This document shows, piece by piece, positions 17,344-26,252 of a stretch of 32,228 nt of DNA (its first letter is position 1; each line of letters starts with the position of its first letter). The notes beneath the pieces were generated by a model, which had not been told where the DNA came from, searched no databases, and worked only from the letters and a program-made list of their open reading frames with translations. The position numbers were made by a program, and so were the translations under genes. Source of the DNA: Nitrososphaera sp. (GTDB lineage: Archaea > Thermoproteota > Nitrososphaeria > Nitrososphaerales > Nitrososphaeraceae); contig DAINRX010000002.1 of NCBI GenBank assembly GCA_036741635.1, positions 8,371 to 40,598 of the forward strand, in the 5' to 3' direction.

Positions 17344-18705
17344 TTGAGCAGTTCCATAAGCGCCATTGTCGATTCTGAAATGGACAGCCTTGTCGCAGAT
17401 CTCCAGACCCTGATCCGGCAGCCAAGTGTCTCTGCAAAAAAGCAGGGCCTAGTCGAATGCGCCAACCTTGTTGCAAACATCATGCAAAAGGCCGGCATCA
17501 GCTCTGAAGTTCTGTACCTTGACGACAAGGGCATACCGCCGATTGTATACGGCGAAGTGAGGTCAAAGTCAAACCCGGGCAAGACCCTCATGTTTTACAA
17601 TCATTACGACGTTCAGCCGGAAGAGCCGCTGGAGCTGTGGGAGCACGAACCTTTCAGCGGCAAGGTCGAGGGCAACTACATCTATGGCCGCGGCTCGGCA
17701 GACGACAAGGGCGAGCTGATAACCCGCATTAAGGCAGTCGAGTATTTCCTGAGAAAGACAGGCGACGTGCCGTGTAACGTCAAGTTCATGGTGGAAGGCG
17801 AGGAAGAAGTCGGGAGTGTGCACGTAGAGCAGTACCTCTGGAAATACCAAGACAGGCTCAGGTGCGACGGCGTGATATGGGAGTTTGGCTGCATCGACAC
17901 GAAGGACCGGCCGATAATCAGCCTTGGCATGAAGGGCCTGCTGTACGTCGAGCTGGTAGCAAGAGGGCCTTCAAGGGACGCCCACTCAAGCCTTGCGGTA
18001 CTGATAGAGAACCCGGCTTGGCGGCTTGTCTCCGCGCTTGCAACGATGCGCGATAGGAACAGCGGCAAGATCCTGATAAAGGACTGGTACAAAGAAGTCC
18101 GGCCGTTTACCAGAGAAGAGCTTGCGGTAATTTCAAAGGAGCCATTTGACGAAAAGGAATTCAAGCGTGAGTACGGCATCGACAGGTTCGTCAAAAACGC
18201 CAAGGGCGCAGATGTCAGGAAGGCGCTTGTCGGGATGCCGACCTGCAACATCGCCGGCTTTAACTCCGGCTACATAGGCGAAGGCGCCAAGACGGTGCTG
18301 CCCGCGCAGGCGGTGGTCAAGATAGACTTTCGCCTTGTGCCGGACATGGTGCCAGAAAAGCAGCTTGAGCGGCTCAAGAGCCACCTAAAGCGCCATGGCT
18401 TTGCCGACATTGAGGTGAAATTCATTCATGGCGAGGCGGCTGCCCGGACGCCCATCCGCGACCCGTTTGTACGGAAGGTCGAGCGGGCCGCCAAGGAGAC
18501 GTTTGGCTCGTCGATTACCCGCCTGTCTTCTGCCGGCACAGGGCCGATGTACTCGTTTGTAAAGGTGCTGAAGGCGCCCTGCGTCTCCGTGGGGAGCACG
18601 TACATGTTTGCCCGCAACCACTCGCCAAACGAGTTTGCAAGGATTGACCTCCTGAACAAGACTACCAAGTGCATCGGCAGGATAATTGAGAAGTTTGCTA
18701 CCTGA
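17344..18705 (+). CDS. M20/M25/M40 metallopeptidase (dipeptidase/ArgE-DapE-like)
   Basis: NHYDVQP, GRGSADDKG, EGEEEVGS, HSS and HSPNE motifs. Confidence 0.92.
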   Translation: MSSSISAIVDSEMDSLVADLQTLIRQPSVSAKKQGLVECANLVANIMQKAGISSEVLYLDDKGIPPIVYGEVRSKSNPGKTLMFYNHYDVQPEEPLELWEHEPFSGKVEGNYIYGRGSADDKGELITRIKAVEYFLRKTGDVPCNVKFMVEGEEEVGSVHVEQYLWKYQDRLRCDGVIWEFGCIDTKDRPIISLGMKGLLYVELVARGPSRDAHSSLAVLIENPAWRLVSALATMRDRNSGKILIKDWYKEVRPFTREELAVISKEPFDEKEFKREYGIDRFVKNAKGADVRKALVGMPTCNIAGFNSGYIGEGAKTVLPAQAVVKIDFRLVPDMVPEKQLERLKSHLKRHGFADIEVKFIHGEAAARTPIRDPFVRKVERAAKETFGSSITRLSSAGTGPMYSFVKVLKAPCVSVGSTYMFARNHSPNEFARIDLLNKTTKCIGRIIEKFAT

Positions 18706-18767
18706 CAAATGCCGCAGTAAATCTCTCCTTACTTCTTAAATCGCATGAGAGTACTCGAGCGCATACC

Positions 18768-18935
18768 ATGCGCGAGGATCTGAGCTATGTGTGGGTGTGC
18801 CACGAGTGTGGCAACAACTTTCTCTTCCGCTCCGACGCAGAAGATCATGTCAGGATGGCAGGTCACAAGAAGATAGAAAAGTATGACATGGAAGCGTTGA
18901 CAGAAAGCAGCAGCAGCAGCAACAATTTTATTTAA
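18768..18935 (+). CDS. Small C2H2-type zinc-finger protein (55 aa; not in ORF track)
   Basis: MREDLSYVWVCHECGNNFLFRSDAEDHVRMAGHKKIEKYD..; pattern CxxC-x12-H-x5-H. Confidence 0.7.
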   Translation: MREDLSYVWVCHECGNNFLFRSDAEDHVRMAGHKKIEKYDMEALTESSSSSNNFI

Positions 18936-18953
18936 AAACAAGCAGTTTCATAT

Positions 18954-19502
18954 TTGGGTGGCTTGAAGCGGGGATATTATGTCCTTATAGCCGGCGCGGC
19001 GCTATTTGTCGCTGGCATCATAGTCACGATCGCTTGGGCGGTGCCATTGGCGGCGCAGTTTGAGCGAGAAACTACCTTTCTGCAGGGCACGCCGCTTGAA
19101 GCAGGGCAGTCAAAGGAACTGACGCTTGAGGTGACGGATACTTCAAGGCCGCTTTCAGTACTCGTAAACTCTCTGGATCCAGACGCGCAGCTCCAAGCTG
19201 TCCTTGTGACGCCGGACGGCTCGACTGCGATCGATTCTATCTTTACGGAGAACACAGTCCTGAGCGCCGACCCAGCGGTTCAGGGCACCTACAGGATGAC
19301 TGTTGCAAACGTTGGCCAGTCGCCTACCAGCGTGGACGTCGTCTTTGGCCGCCTACCAGGCGTGGAGGCGAACGACCGGGTAAATATCGACGCGTTTGGC
19401 GGAATTCTTGCTGGGGCCGGCATCACCATCGCCGGCGTACTGGTCATGATAGCCGGCGTCATCATCTTGATAATCGACAGGAGAAAACGTGTCGTCAGCT
19501 AG
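18954..19502 (+). CDS. Membrane protein with N- and C-terminal TM helices flanking a beta-sandwich-like domain
   Basis: Hydrophobic termini, GTYRMTVAN motif and basic tail. Confidence 0.75.
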   Translation: MGGLKRGYYVLIAGAALFVAGIIVTIAWAVPLAAQFERETTFLQGTPLEAGQSKELTLEVTDTSRPLSVLVNSLDPDAQLQAVLVTPDGSTAIDSIFTENTVLSADPAVQGTYRMTVANVGQSPTSVDVVFGRLPGVEANDRVNIDAFGGILAGAGITIAGVLVMIAGVIILIIDRRKRVVS

Positions 19503-19516
19503 GAGCAACAAGAGAG

Positions 19517-19591
19517 TGGATGGGGAGAGATTCGAACTCTCGACCACCTGTGTGTAAGACAGGTATCCTAACCAGGCTAGACTACCCATCC
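19517..19591 (-). tRNA. tRNA-Val (anticodon TAC), intronless, CCA not encoded
   Basis: GGATGGG acceptor/CCCATCC-A, D loop AGCCTGGTTA, anticodon arm CCTGT-CTTACAC-ACAGG, T loop GTTCGAATC. Confidence 0.96.
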
Positions 19592-19702
19592 GGGTAAAAC
19601 TACTAGGTCAGTTTGTCGTCGGGTCGATATTAATAGTATTTGGGATTTCAGCGCGAGAGAAAATAACCAATATATACCGTGTAAGAATTTTCGTTTCTAG
19701 AA

Positions 19703-21106
19703 ATGCCTGAGAGGAAGAAAATTCTCCGTCCTGTTTTAACGCTCGCATTTTTTGTCGCTGTAATGATTGTTGCCGTCCCGGCGCTGCCGGGAGCGTTTGC
19801 CCATGGCGGGCATCAGCCCCCTGCAGCGGATTTCAGCGGCAAGAAGGTGAGCCTCTTTGTCAATCTAGAGCCCCTTGTAGTGACAGACATGAGCCAGCCG
19901 GTTTACATCAACGCAAGGCTGTTTGACGAAAACACTAACGCGAACTTCCAGCACGTGAACTATCGCATATTCTTTAAAAAGGATGGCAGGGAAATCCCGA
20001 TCGTCACAGAAGGCGGCCAGTTTGGAGGGCAGGGCTTCTTTTACGATCCCGAGGGAGACCTGCAGATAAAAATAGTTCCAAAGGATACTGAATCAGCGGT
20101 CGCAAGAGGCGAGGCAGAGCCATTTCTGGGCGGCATATGGAACAGAGGCGGACCTGTGGTGGTTGAAGGCCCGATATTTACAGAGCCCGGCCTGTATAAC
20201 CTGTTCGTCGAGATATGGACCGTAGACACTCCCCGGACGCAGGTAGCCGAACCCATGCAATACGATGTGTGGGTGACTCCGGGCCGCGAAGAAATGATCA
20301 GCGTCGCGGAAGGCGGCCAGACATACGAAGTCAAGATCAGGAACTACTACGGTGCCATCGACAGCTCAGAATACCAGCCCGATACCAAGACCATCGAGTT
20401 TTCGATGCCGTTTGACTGGACTTCCGACCTGCCAAGCAGAATGGGCATGCTCCACACAGAGGTATTCATACCAAAAGAGATGGCAGACTTTGACAAGGAC
20501 TCGCTGCGCGGCAAGGTGAATGGCATCGACGTTCCAGTGTTTGTGGTTCCGACAAGCTTCTCAGGCGACGACACGGCCGTAGTCCACTTTACTATTTCAA
20601 AGCAGAATCTCATAAACATAGCCGAGCGGGTCAAGTCCGAGAACCTGTCGCCTGACGCAGCCGTTTTCTCGCTGAGCCCGCCGGACCCGGAAAATGAAGT
20701 CCATGTTGCACAGACCTCGCCCGAGTCGGAAAATTACAAGGTGTCGCTGACGTGGCCGGAGCAGATTCTGCCAGAGCAGCCAGTGACGTTTGGCATCAGG
20801 ATAGCCGACAAGTCTGATGACCAGCCGATATCCTCGGCAACCTACGAGCTCGTGATACTGGACAAGGACGGCAACGAAGTGTCCCGCGCAGGAGGCGTGA
20901 CGACGGCGGAAGGCATTTCATCGCAGGACATGACTTTTACGTCGCAAGGGGCATTCACCGTCAAGGTTGAAAAGATAAGGGGAAGCAGCGAGTCGGTGCA
21001 GTCGAGCCTTACTGTGGTGCCCGAGTTCCCGGTGGGCATCGCCTCAGTGGCTGCCGCGCTCGGAATCGGCGGGATAATAGTAGCGGCAAGGAGAAAGACG
21101 AAGTAA
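19703..21106 (+). CDS. PEF(G)-CTERM surface protein with N-terminal HGGH
   Basis: Signal peptide ending AFA|HGGH; C-terminal TVVPEFP + TM helix + RRKTK. Confidence 0.85.
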   Translation: MPERKKILRPVLTLAFFVAVMIVAVPALPGAFAHGGHQPPAADFSGKKVSLFVNLEPLVVTDMSQPVYINARLFDENTNANFQHVNYRIFFKKDGREIPIVTEGGQFGGQGFFYDPEGDLQIKIVPKDTESAVARGEAEPFLGGIWNRGGPVVVEGPIFTEPGLYNLFVEIWTVDTPRTQVAEPMQYDVWVTPGREEMISVAEGGQTYEVKIRNYYGAIDSSEYQPDTKTIEFSMPFDWTSDLPSRMGMLHTEVFIPKEMADFDKDSLRGKVNGIDVPVFVVPTSFSGDDTAVVHFTISKQNLINIAERVKSENLSPDAAVFSLSPPDPENEVHVAQTSPESENYKVSLTWPEQILPEQPVTFGIRIADKSDDQPISSATYELVILDKDGNEVSRAGGVTTAEGISSQDMTFTSQGAFTVKVEKIRGSSESVQSSLTVVPEFPVGIASVAAALGIGGIIVAARRKTK

Positions 21107-21158
21107 TGCCCTTTCTAGGTAGCAAGACGTATTAGACACGTAGCGCCCTCCTATTTTT

Positions 21159-21464
21159 ATGTCAGAGGAGGACGACAATTACCGTAAGCTGTCAGAGAAG
21201 GAAATAGCGCAGGAGGTCGCCAAGCTCTCTGGCTGGAAAGTAGTCAACGGCAAGGTGAACAAGACCTTCGAGTTTGACGATTTCGTGCAGGCGTTTGGCT
21301 TTATGACAAGGGTCGCTATGGAGGCGGAAAAGATGAACCACCACCCAGAATGGTTCAACGTCTACAACCGCGTCAGGATAGACCTTGTGACGCACGATGT
21401 CGGCGGCATAAGCGACTACGACATCAAGCTTGCAAAGACTATAGACAGGATTGCCAAAGGCTGA
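21159..21464 (+). CDS. phhB: Pterin-4-alpha-carbinolamine dehydratase
   Basis: [26 protein letters not shown] motif. Confidence 0.93.
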   Translation: MSEEDDNYRKLSEKEIAQEVAKLSGWKVVNGKVNKTFEFDDFVQAFGFMTRVAMEAEKMNHHPEWFNVYNRVRIDLVTHDVGGISDYDIKLAKTIDRIAKG

Positions 21465-21517
21465 CTTGCTGGCCGCTTTAAAACCTACTTAACTTATCAG
21501 GGCATATACACTCCCGT

Positions 21518-23317
21518 ATGGCCGCAGAGCAGCAGGGCAACAAGACCGCGGACATTGTGGCCGAGTCGCTGCTTGACTGGGGCGTGGAGGTCATCTTTGG
21601 TCTGCCCGGCGACGGCATCAACGGGTTCATGGAAGCGCTCAGGAGGAGGAAGGACAGGATCAGGTTCATCCTCGTGCGACACGAAGAGTCGGCGGCGTTC
21701 ATGGCGTGCGCCTATGCAAAATACACCGGCAAGCTGGGCGCGTGCGTTGCAACGTCCGGGCCGGGCGCAATCCACCTCCTGACGGGCCTGTACGACGCCA
21801 AGGCCGACAACACTCCAGTCATTGCGATAACCGGCAACACATATTCTGACATGATGGGATCGAAATACCAGCAGGACGTCGACCTTGTGCGATTGTTTTC
21901 CGATGTTGCAGTTTACAACAACATGATAAACAGCCCAGAGCACACCGAGATGGCAGTCGACATCGCGTGCAGGAGCGCCATTGCAAACAGGGGCGTCAGC
22001 CACCTCACGATCCCAATAGATGTTCAGGAAAAGGAGCTCAGGGGCAAATACTCGCGGCACAAGGTCGCCGGCCACACGTCAGACACGTTTGTTGCCTGCA
22101 CGATGCCAGATATGTCGCTTATCGAAAAGGCGGCAGAGATTCTCAACTCTGGCAGAAGAGTAGTCATGCTAGTAGGGCAGGGGGCGGTGAGCGCCGGCGC
22201 AGAAGTGGAGGCAGTCTCTGAAGCCTTAGGTGCTCCGATAGTCAAGGCGCTCCTTGGCAAGGCGGTTGTGCCGGACGACCACCCAAACAGCGTGGGCGGG
22301 CTTGGCATGCTTGGCACCGAGCCGGCGACGGACGCGATGCACCAGGCCGACACGCTTCTCATGGTGGGGACGTCGTTCCCGTACATCGACTATCTGCCCA
22401 AGCCGGGGCAGGCAAGGGGCATTCAGATCGACCTCTTGCCAGAGAAGATAGGCCTGCGCTACCCTGTCGAGGTGGGGCTAGTGGGCGACGCCCGGACGAC
22501 CCTGGCGGCGCTCCTGCCGCTCCTCCGATACAAAGAGGACAGGAGGTTCCTCCATTCCCGACAGGAGGGAATGAAGGGCTGGATGGGGCTTTTGAAAGAG
22601 AGGAGCAGCAGGCCTGACAGGCCGGTTAAGCCGCAGGTGGTAGCGGCAGCAGTGTCTGACGAGCTTGAAGACGACGCCATAATTTCTGTCGACAGTGGAA
22701 CCAACACCGTCTGGGCAGCCAGGTACATCCAGGTCAGGCGCGGCATGAAATTTTCGCTGTCCGGCACGCTTGCAAGCATGGCATGCGGCCTGCCCTACGC
22801 GATAGCGGCGCAGATAGCGTACCCTGACAGGCAGTGCATCGCGTTCGTTGGCGACGGCGGCTTTTCCATGCTCATGGCCGAGTTTGCGACCGCGGTGCAG
22901 TACGACCTGCCTATCAAGGTGATAATAATCAAGAACAATACGCTTGGCATGATTCGGTGGGAGCAGATGGCATTCCTTGGCAACCCCGAGTACGGAGTCG
23001 AGCTCACGCCGATTGACTTTGCCGAGTTTGCCGAGAGCTGCGGGGGCAGGGGGTACTCTATAACTGAGCCGGGCGAAGTCCGGGCGATAATCGGCCAGGC
23101 GATGGCCGAAAAAAGGCCGACGATAGTTGAAGCTGTCGTCGACCCGTTCGAGCCGCCAATGCCTCCAAAGGTGGACATGGAGTTTGTCGCCAACCTTGCT
23201 GAGTCGTTTGCAAAGGGGCAGCCGTACGCCAGAAGGATAGGGCTGACCCTTTTCCGCAACCAGGTGCATGACGCGCTAAGAAGCGTACATTCGCACGACA
23301 CGGCAGAGGCGCAGTAA
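21518..23317 (+). CDS. Thiamine-diphosphate enzyme, pyruvate oxidase/dehydrogenase (Pox) family
   Basis: FGLPGDGIN, VRHEE, TSGPGAIHLL.GLYDA, SGTLASMA and GDGG..(x)..NN ThDP motifs. Confidence 0.85.
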   Translation: MAAEQQGNKTADIVAESLLDWGVEVIFGLPGDGINGFMEALRRRKDRIRFILVRHEESAAFMACAYAKYTGKLGACVATSGPGAIHLLTGLYDAKADNTPVIAITGNTYSDMMGSKYQQDVDLVRLFSDVAVYNNMINSPEHTEMAVDIACRSAIANRGVSHLTIPIDVQEKELRGKYSRHKVAGHTSDTFVACTMPDMSLIEKAAEILNSGRRVVMLVGQGAVSAGAEVEAVSEALGAPIVKALLGKAVVPDDHPNSVGGLGMLGTEPATDAMHQADTLLMVGTSFPYIDYLPKPGQARGIQIDLLPEKIGLRYPVEVGLVGDARTTLAALLPLLRYKEDRRFLHSRQEGMKGWMGLLKERSSRPDRPVKPQVVAAAVSDELEDDAIISVDSGTNTVWAARYIQVRRGMKFSLSGTLASMACGLPYAIAAQIAYPDRQCIAFVGDGGFSMLMAEFATAVQYDLPIKVIIIKNNTLGMIRWEQMAFLGNPEYGVELTPIDFAEFAESCGGRGYSITEPGEVRAIIGQAMAEKRPTIVEAVVDPFEPPMPPKVDMEFVANLAESFAKGQPYARRIGLTLFRNQVHDALRSVHSHDTAEAQ

Positions 23318-23412
23318 TAGTAGTAAAAACTTTCTAGGAAAAAATCCGCCAGGATCGGACAGAGCAATCTGCTACAATCATTATATGTTCGATTGCCGCA
23401 CTATTTTTTTAC

Positions 23413-23643
23413 ATGAGCCCCGGCATCCAGATGTTAGAGGTAGCTATAGGCATCAAGGATTCGCTTATGGCTGCCGGGTTTACGTCGCTTGACTCCCTCT
23501 TGCGTTCAAACCCGACCGACATTGCGGCCATCCTTGGAATCGAGCTCTACGTCGCAAAGCTCATCATCGATGCGGCAAAGAGCGCCGCAGTGCAATATGA
23601 GATAGAAAAAGAGTCAGATACTGCTGATCTACCTTCAGAATAG
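23413..23643 (+). CDS. Small helix-hairpin-helix-like protein (resembles the RadA N-terminal domain)
   Basis: L..AGFTSLDSL....P.DIA..LGI....A..IIDAA pattern; TTATAT upstream near 23381. Confidence 0.7.
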   Translation: MSPGIQMLEVAIGIKDSLMAAGFTSLDSLLRSNPTDIAAILGIELYVAKLIIDAAKSAAVQYEIEKESDTADLPSE

Positions 23644-23654
23644 TCGGGCAATCA

Positions 23655-23840
23655 TTAACATGCGATCAGTTGTTCTTGTACAAATCCCCATGAGTCTGCT
23701 CTATGGATATGTGGCGAGTCATCCATCCTGCCGCACCTGCTGCACTCCCAGTGGACCGGCTCGCGACAACGTTTGCAGGTTTCAGTTACTGACAGTTGGC
23801 AGCCGCAAGCCCTGCAGCTGTTCTTGTTAAAGCGGGTCAT
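23655..23840 (-). CDS. Small Zn-binding protein (3x CxxC + HxH)
   Basis: CRAC, CKRC, CSRC and HIH. Confidence 0.7.
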   Translation of the reverse strand: MTRFNKNSCRACGCQLSVTETCKRCREPVHWECSRCGRMDDSPHIHRADSWGFVQEQLIAC

Positions 23841-23841
23841 G

Positions 23842-24078
23842 TCAATGCACTATGGTGGAAGACTCTAGCGTCACACCTCGCTTTGGATGATAGTCAAACC
23901 TGTATTGCTCGCCGGATGAAATTGGAATCGACTCTATCGGCCCTGTCATGCAGGAAGGGCATCTGGCAACGGCATCATTGTCGAGATACGACGCGCACCA
24001 AAAGCATGCTTCGCATATCAGGAAATAGATCGGCCCCGTTTTCCTCTGATCCTTTTGCTGCGATTCTGCATGTTGCAT
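23842..24078 (-). CDS. Small Zn-ribbon protein
   Basis: YFLICEACFWCAS..CPSC..IESIPI..FDYHPKRGV. ATG at 24078 preferred; 1 nt gap to the next ORF. Confidence 0.7.
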   Translation of the reverse strand: MQHAESQQKDQRKTGPIYFLICEACFWCASYLDNDAVARCPSCMTGPIESIPISSGEQYRFDYHPKRGVTLESSTIVH

Positions 24079-24269
24079 AGGACAAATTATACAAGTGCGG
24101 AATATAATTTGCGTCAAATGCGCTTGTCAAGCACGATAGGCGCAGGACTGGCATGTTCTTTGCATTATGCTATTGTTGCGTCTTGCTCTGGTATTTGCAG
24201 CTGCCTTTTGCACATAACGTTCATTTTTTGCATGATTAAAAGCAGTATTAAATGGCATAGCTAGCAAAT

Positions 24270-25337
24270 GTGCTAATGGATAATAGGATCAAGATCGGCA
24301 TCGCTGCCGCAATAGTCATCGGGGTTATCGTCACCTCAATACCGACCTTTGGAATATTATTTGGCGGTAACGGCGGCTCTGGCGGGTCTGAGTCAAAAAC
24401 CCTAAGAATCGGCTATTTCCCTAACATCAACCATGCGCAGGCAGTCATAGGACTTGGTAACGGCGACTTTCAGGAGGCTCTGGGAAACGATGTTGAGGTA
24501 AGGACGCAGATATTCAACGCTGGCCCGTCGGCGATCGAGGCGCTGTTTGCCAACCAGATCGACGTGACCTACATAGGTCCAAACCCTGCAATCAACGGCT
24601 ACGTTGAGTCTAACGGCGAAGCGCTGAGAATCCTATCAGGCGCAGCCAGTGGAGGTGCTGTGTTTGTAGTTAGAAACGATGCCGGCATTGATTCAGTGGA
24701 TGATTTTGCCAACAAGAAATTTGCTTCTCCGCAGCTTGGCAACACACAGGATGTTGCACTGCGCAAGTACCTGCTTGAAAATGACTATGAAACAAAAGAA
24801 AACGGCGGCAACGTTGAGGTGCTTCCAGCCAAGAACGCCGACATTGTCACCTTGATGGTAAAGAAAGACATCGACGGCGCGTGGGTGCCAGAACCTTGGG
24901 GAGCCAAGCTGGTCAAAGAAGCCAATGCGCGAATCTTCTTGGACGAGCGAGAGCTGTGGCCTGAAGGCGAGTTCGTCACCGCGCACATTATAGCTAGAAC
25001 CGATTACTTGGAAAGGAACCCCGGAATAATCAGCAAGCTGCTGGAAGCGCATATTGATGAAACAAACTGGATAAACGAAAATCAGGATGAAGCAGTCGCT
25101 GTATTCAATGCTGAGCTCGAAAAACTCACAGGAAAAACCATACCTGAAGACGAGTTCAAAGCAGGGCTCTCTAGGATGACGCTGACATGGGATCCGATAA
25201 AGCAATCGCTGGTCAAGTCGGCCAACGACGCATTTGACATCGGGTTCTTTGACGAGAGGCCCGACCTGTCAGAGATCTATGACCTGACGCTGCTAAACGA
25301 CATCCTGAGCAGAAGAGGGCTGGCTGAGATACAATGA
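24270..25337 (+). CDS. ssuA: Aliphatic sulfonate/nitrate-type ABC transporter substrate-binding protein
   Basis: N-terminal membrane anchor; LRIGYFPNINHAQA, FNAGP, SPQLGNTQDVALR and WVPEPW. Confidence 0.85.
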   Translation: MLMDNRIKIGIAAAIVIGVIVTSIPTFGILFGGNGGSGGSESKTLRIGYFPNINHAQAVIGLGNGDFQEALGNDVEVRTQIFNAGPSAIEALFANQIDVTYIGPNPAINGYVESNGEALRILSGAASGGAVFVVRNDAGIDSVDDFANKKFASPQLGNTQDVALRKYLLENDYETKENGGNVEVLPAKNADIVTLMVKKDIDGAWVPEPWGAKLVKEANARIFLDERELWPEGEFVTAHIIARTDYLERNPGIISKLLEAHIDETNWINENQDEAVAVFNAELEKLTGKTIPEDEFKAGLSRMTLTWDPIKQSLVKSANDAFDIGFFDERPDLSEIYDLTLLNDILSRRGLAEIQ

Positions 25338-25350
25338 TGCAAAATATGCA
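25338..25350. promoter_or_regulatory. Palindrome TGCA-AAATA-TGCA, candidate operator
   Basis: Near-identical copy at 27080-27092 and an inverted variant at 24220-24232. Confidence 0.4.
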
Positions 25351-25418
25351 CCTAGATGGCAGCGATTGCGTCTTTGAAGTAGATTATATCCTGTGCACCC
25401 GTACTGGAGGCATCAACC

Positions 25419-26252
25419 TTGATAGTGTCTAAATACAAACAAAGCAGCAACTCGATAATCCTGCAGGTTAAGGAGGTATCCAAGGCTTTTTCTTATGCCA
25501 ACGGCCAGGCCTCCAAGAACCACATCGTGCTGAACAATGTCAGCATGGACATCAAGGAAGGCGAGTTTGTTACGATTGTGGGGCCTTCGGGCTGCGGAAA
25601 AAGCACGCTGCTCAACATCATTGCAGGGCTTGACAACCCAGACTCTGGCATCATATCAGTGAAGGGCGAGCACAAGACCTCCACTGATCCCGGAAGGCTG
25701 GTGATATTCCAGGAAGGCGCGCTCTTTCCCTGGCTCACTGTTTCAGAAAATGTCGAGTTTGGATTGAAGATGGCAGGAATTGCAAAGGACAAACAGCGGG
25801 AAGCCGCGAATCGCTTTATCGACATGGTGCAGCTGTCGCGGTTCGCAGATTCGTACATTTACCAGCTCTCCGGTGGGATGAAGCAGAGGGTGGCAATAGC
25901 GCGCGCACTTGCAATGGACCCTGATATCCTGCTGATGGACGAGCCTTTCGCGGCGCTTGACGTGCAGACAAGGGACATGCTGAACAACCAGCTGCTGGAG
26001 ATCCATGAGGCAACGAAAAAGACGATCCTGTTTGTCACTCACAACATAAATGAAGCATTATCGCTCGGCGACAGGGTAATAGTGCTGTCGCCGCGGCTTG
26101 GCAATATCAAGCGAGAATTTGGGATAGGCCTTCCAAGACCTCGCGACATTGGCAGCCCCGAAATCACTGTGATCAAGAGGCAGATTCTAAATGCGCTGGA
26201 AGAGGACTTTCAATTTGCTAGAAGAGAAACACGCGCAGAAACAGCCCAGTAA
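25419..26252 (+). CDS. ssuB: Sulfonate/nitrate ABC transporter ATP-binding protein
   Basis: GPSGCGKST, FQEGALFPWLTV, LSGGMKQR, DEPFAALD and VTH. Confidence 0.9.
   Translation: MIVSKYKQSSNSIILQVKEVSKAFSYANGQASKNHIVLNNVSMDIKEGEFVTIVGPSGCGKSTLLNIIAGLDNPDSGIISVKGEHKTSTDPGRLVIFQEGALFPWLTVSENVEFGLKMAGIAKDKQREAANRFIDMVQLSRFADSYIYQLSGGMKQRVAIARALAMDPDILLMDEPFAALDVQTRDMLNNQLLEIHEATKKTILFVTHNINEALSLGDRVIVLSPRLGNIKREFGIGLPRPRDIGSPEITVIKRQILNALEEDFQFARRETRAETAQ

Noticed and set aside
16826..17476. 216-aa minus ORF and 149-aa plus ORF
   Set aside because: Antisense and chimeric readings over a pseudogene; both overlap the M20 gene.
19517..19591. tRNA-Val as attachment site of an integrated element
   Set aside because: No integrase and no duplicated tRNA end seen in the window.
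23312..23326. Tandem stop-codon runs (TAA TAG TAG TAA; similar at 31379-31393) as recoding signals
   Set aside because: Short triplet repeats with no downstream in-frame coding and no recoding structure seen.
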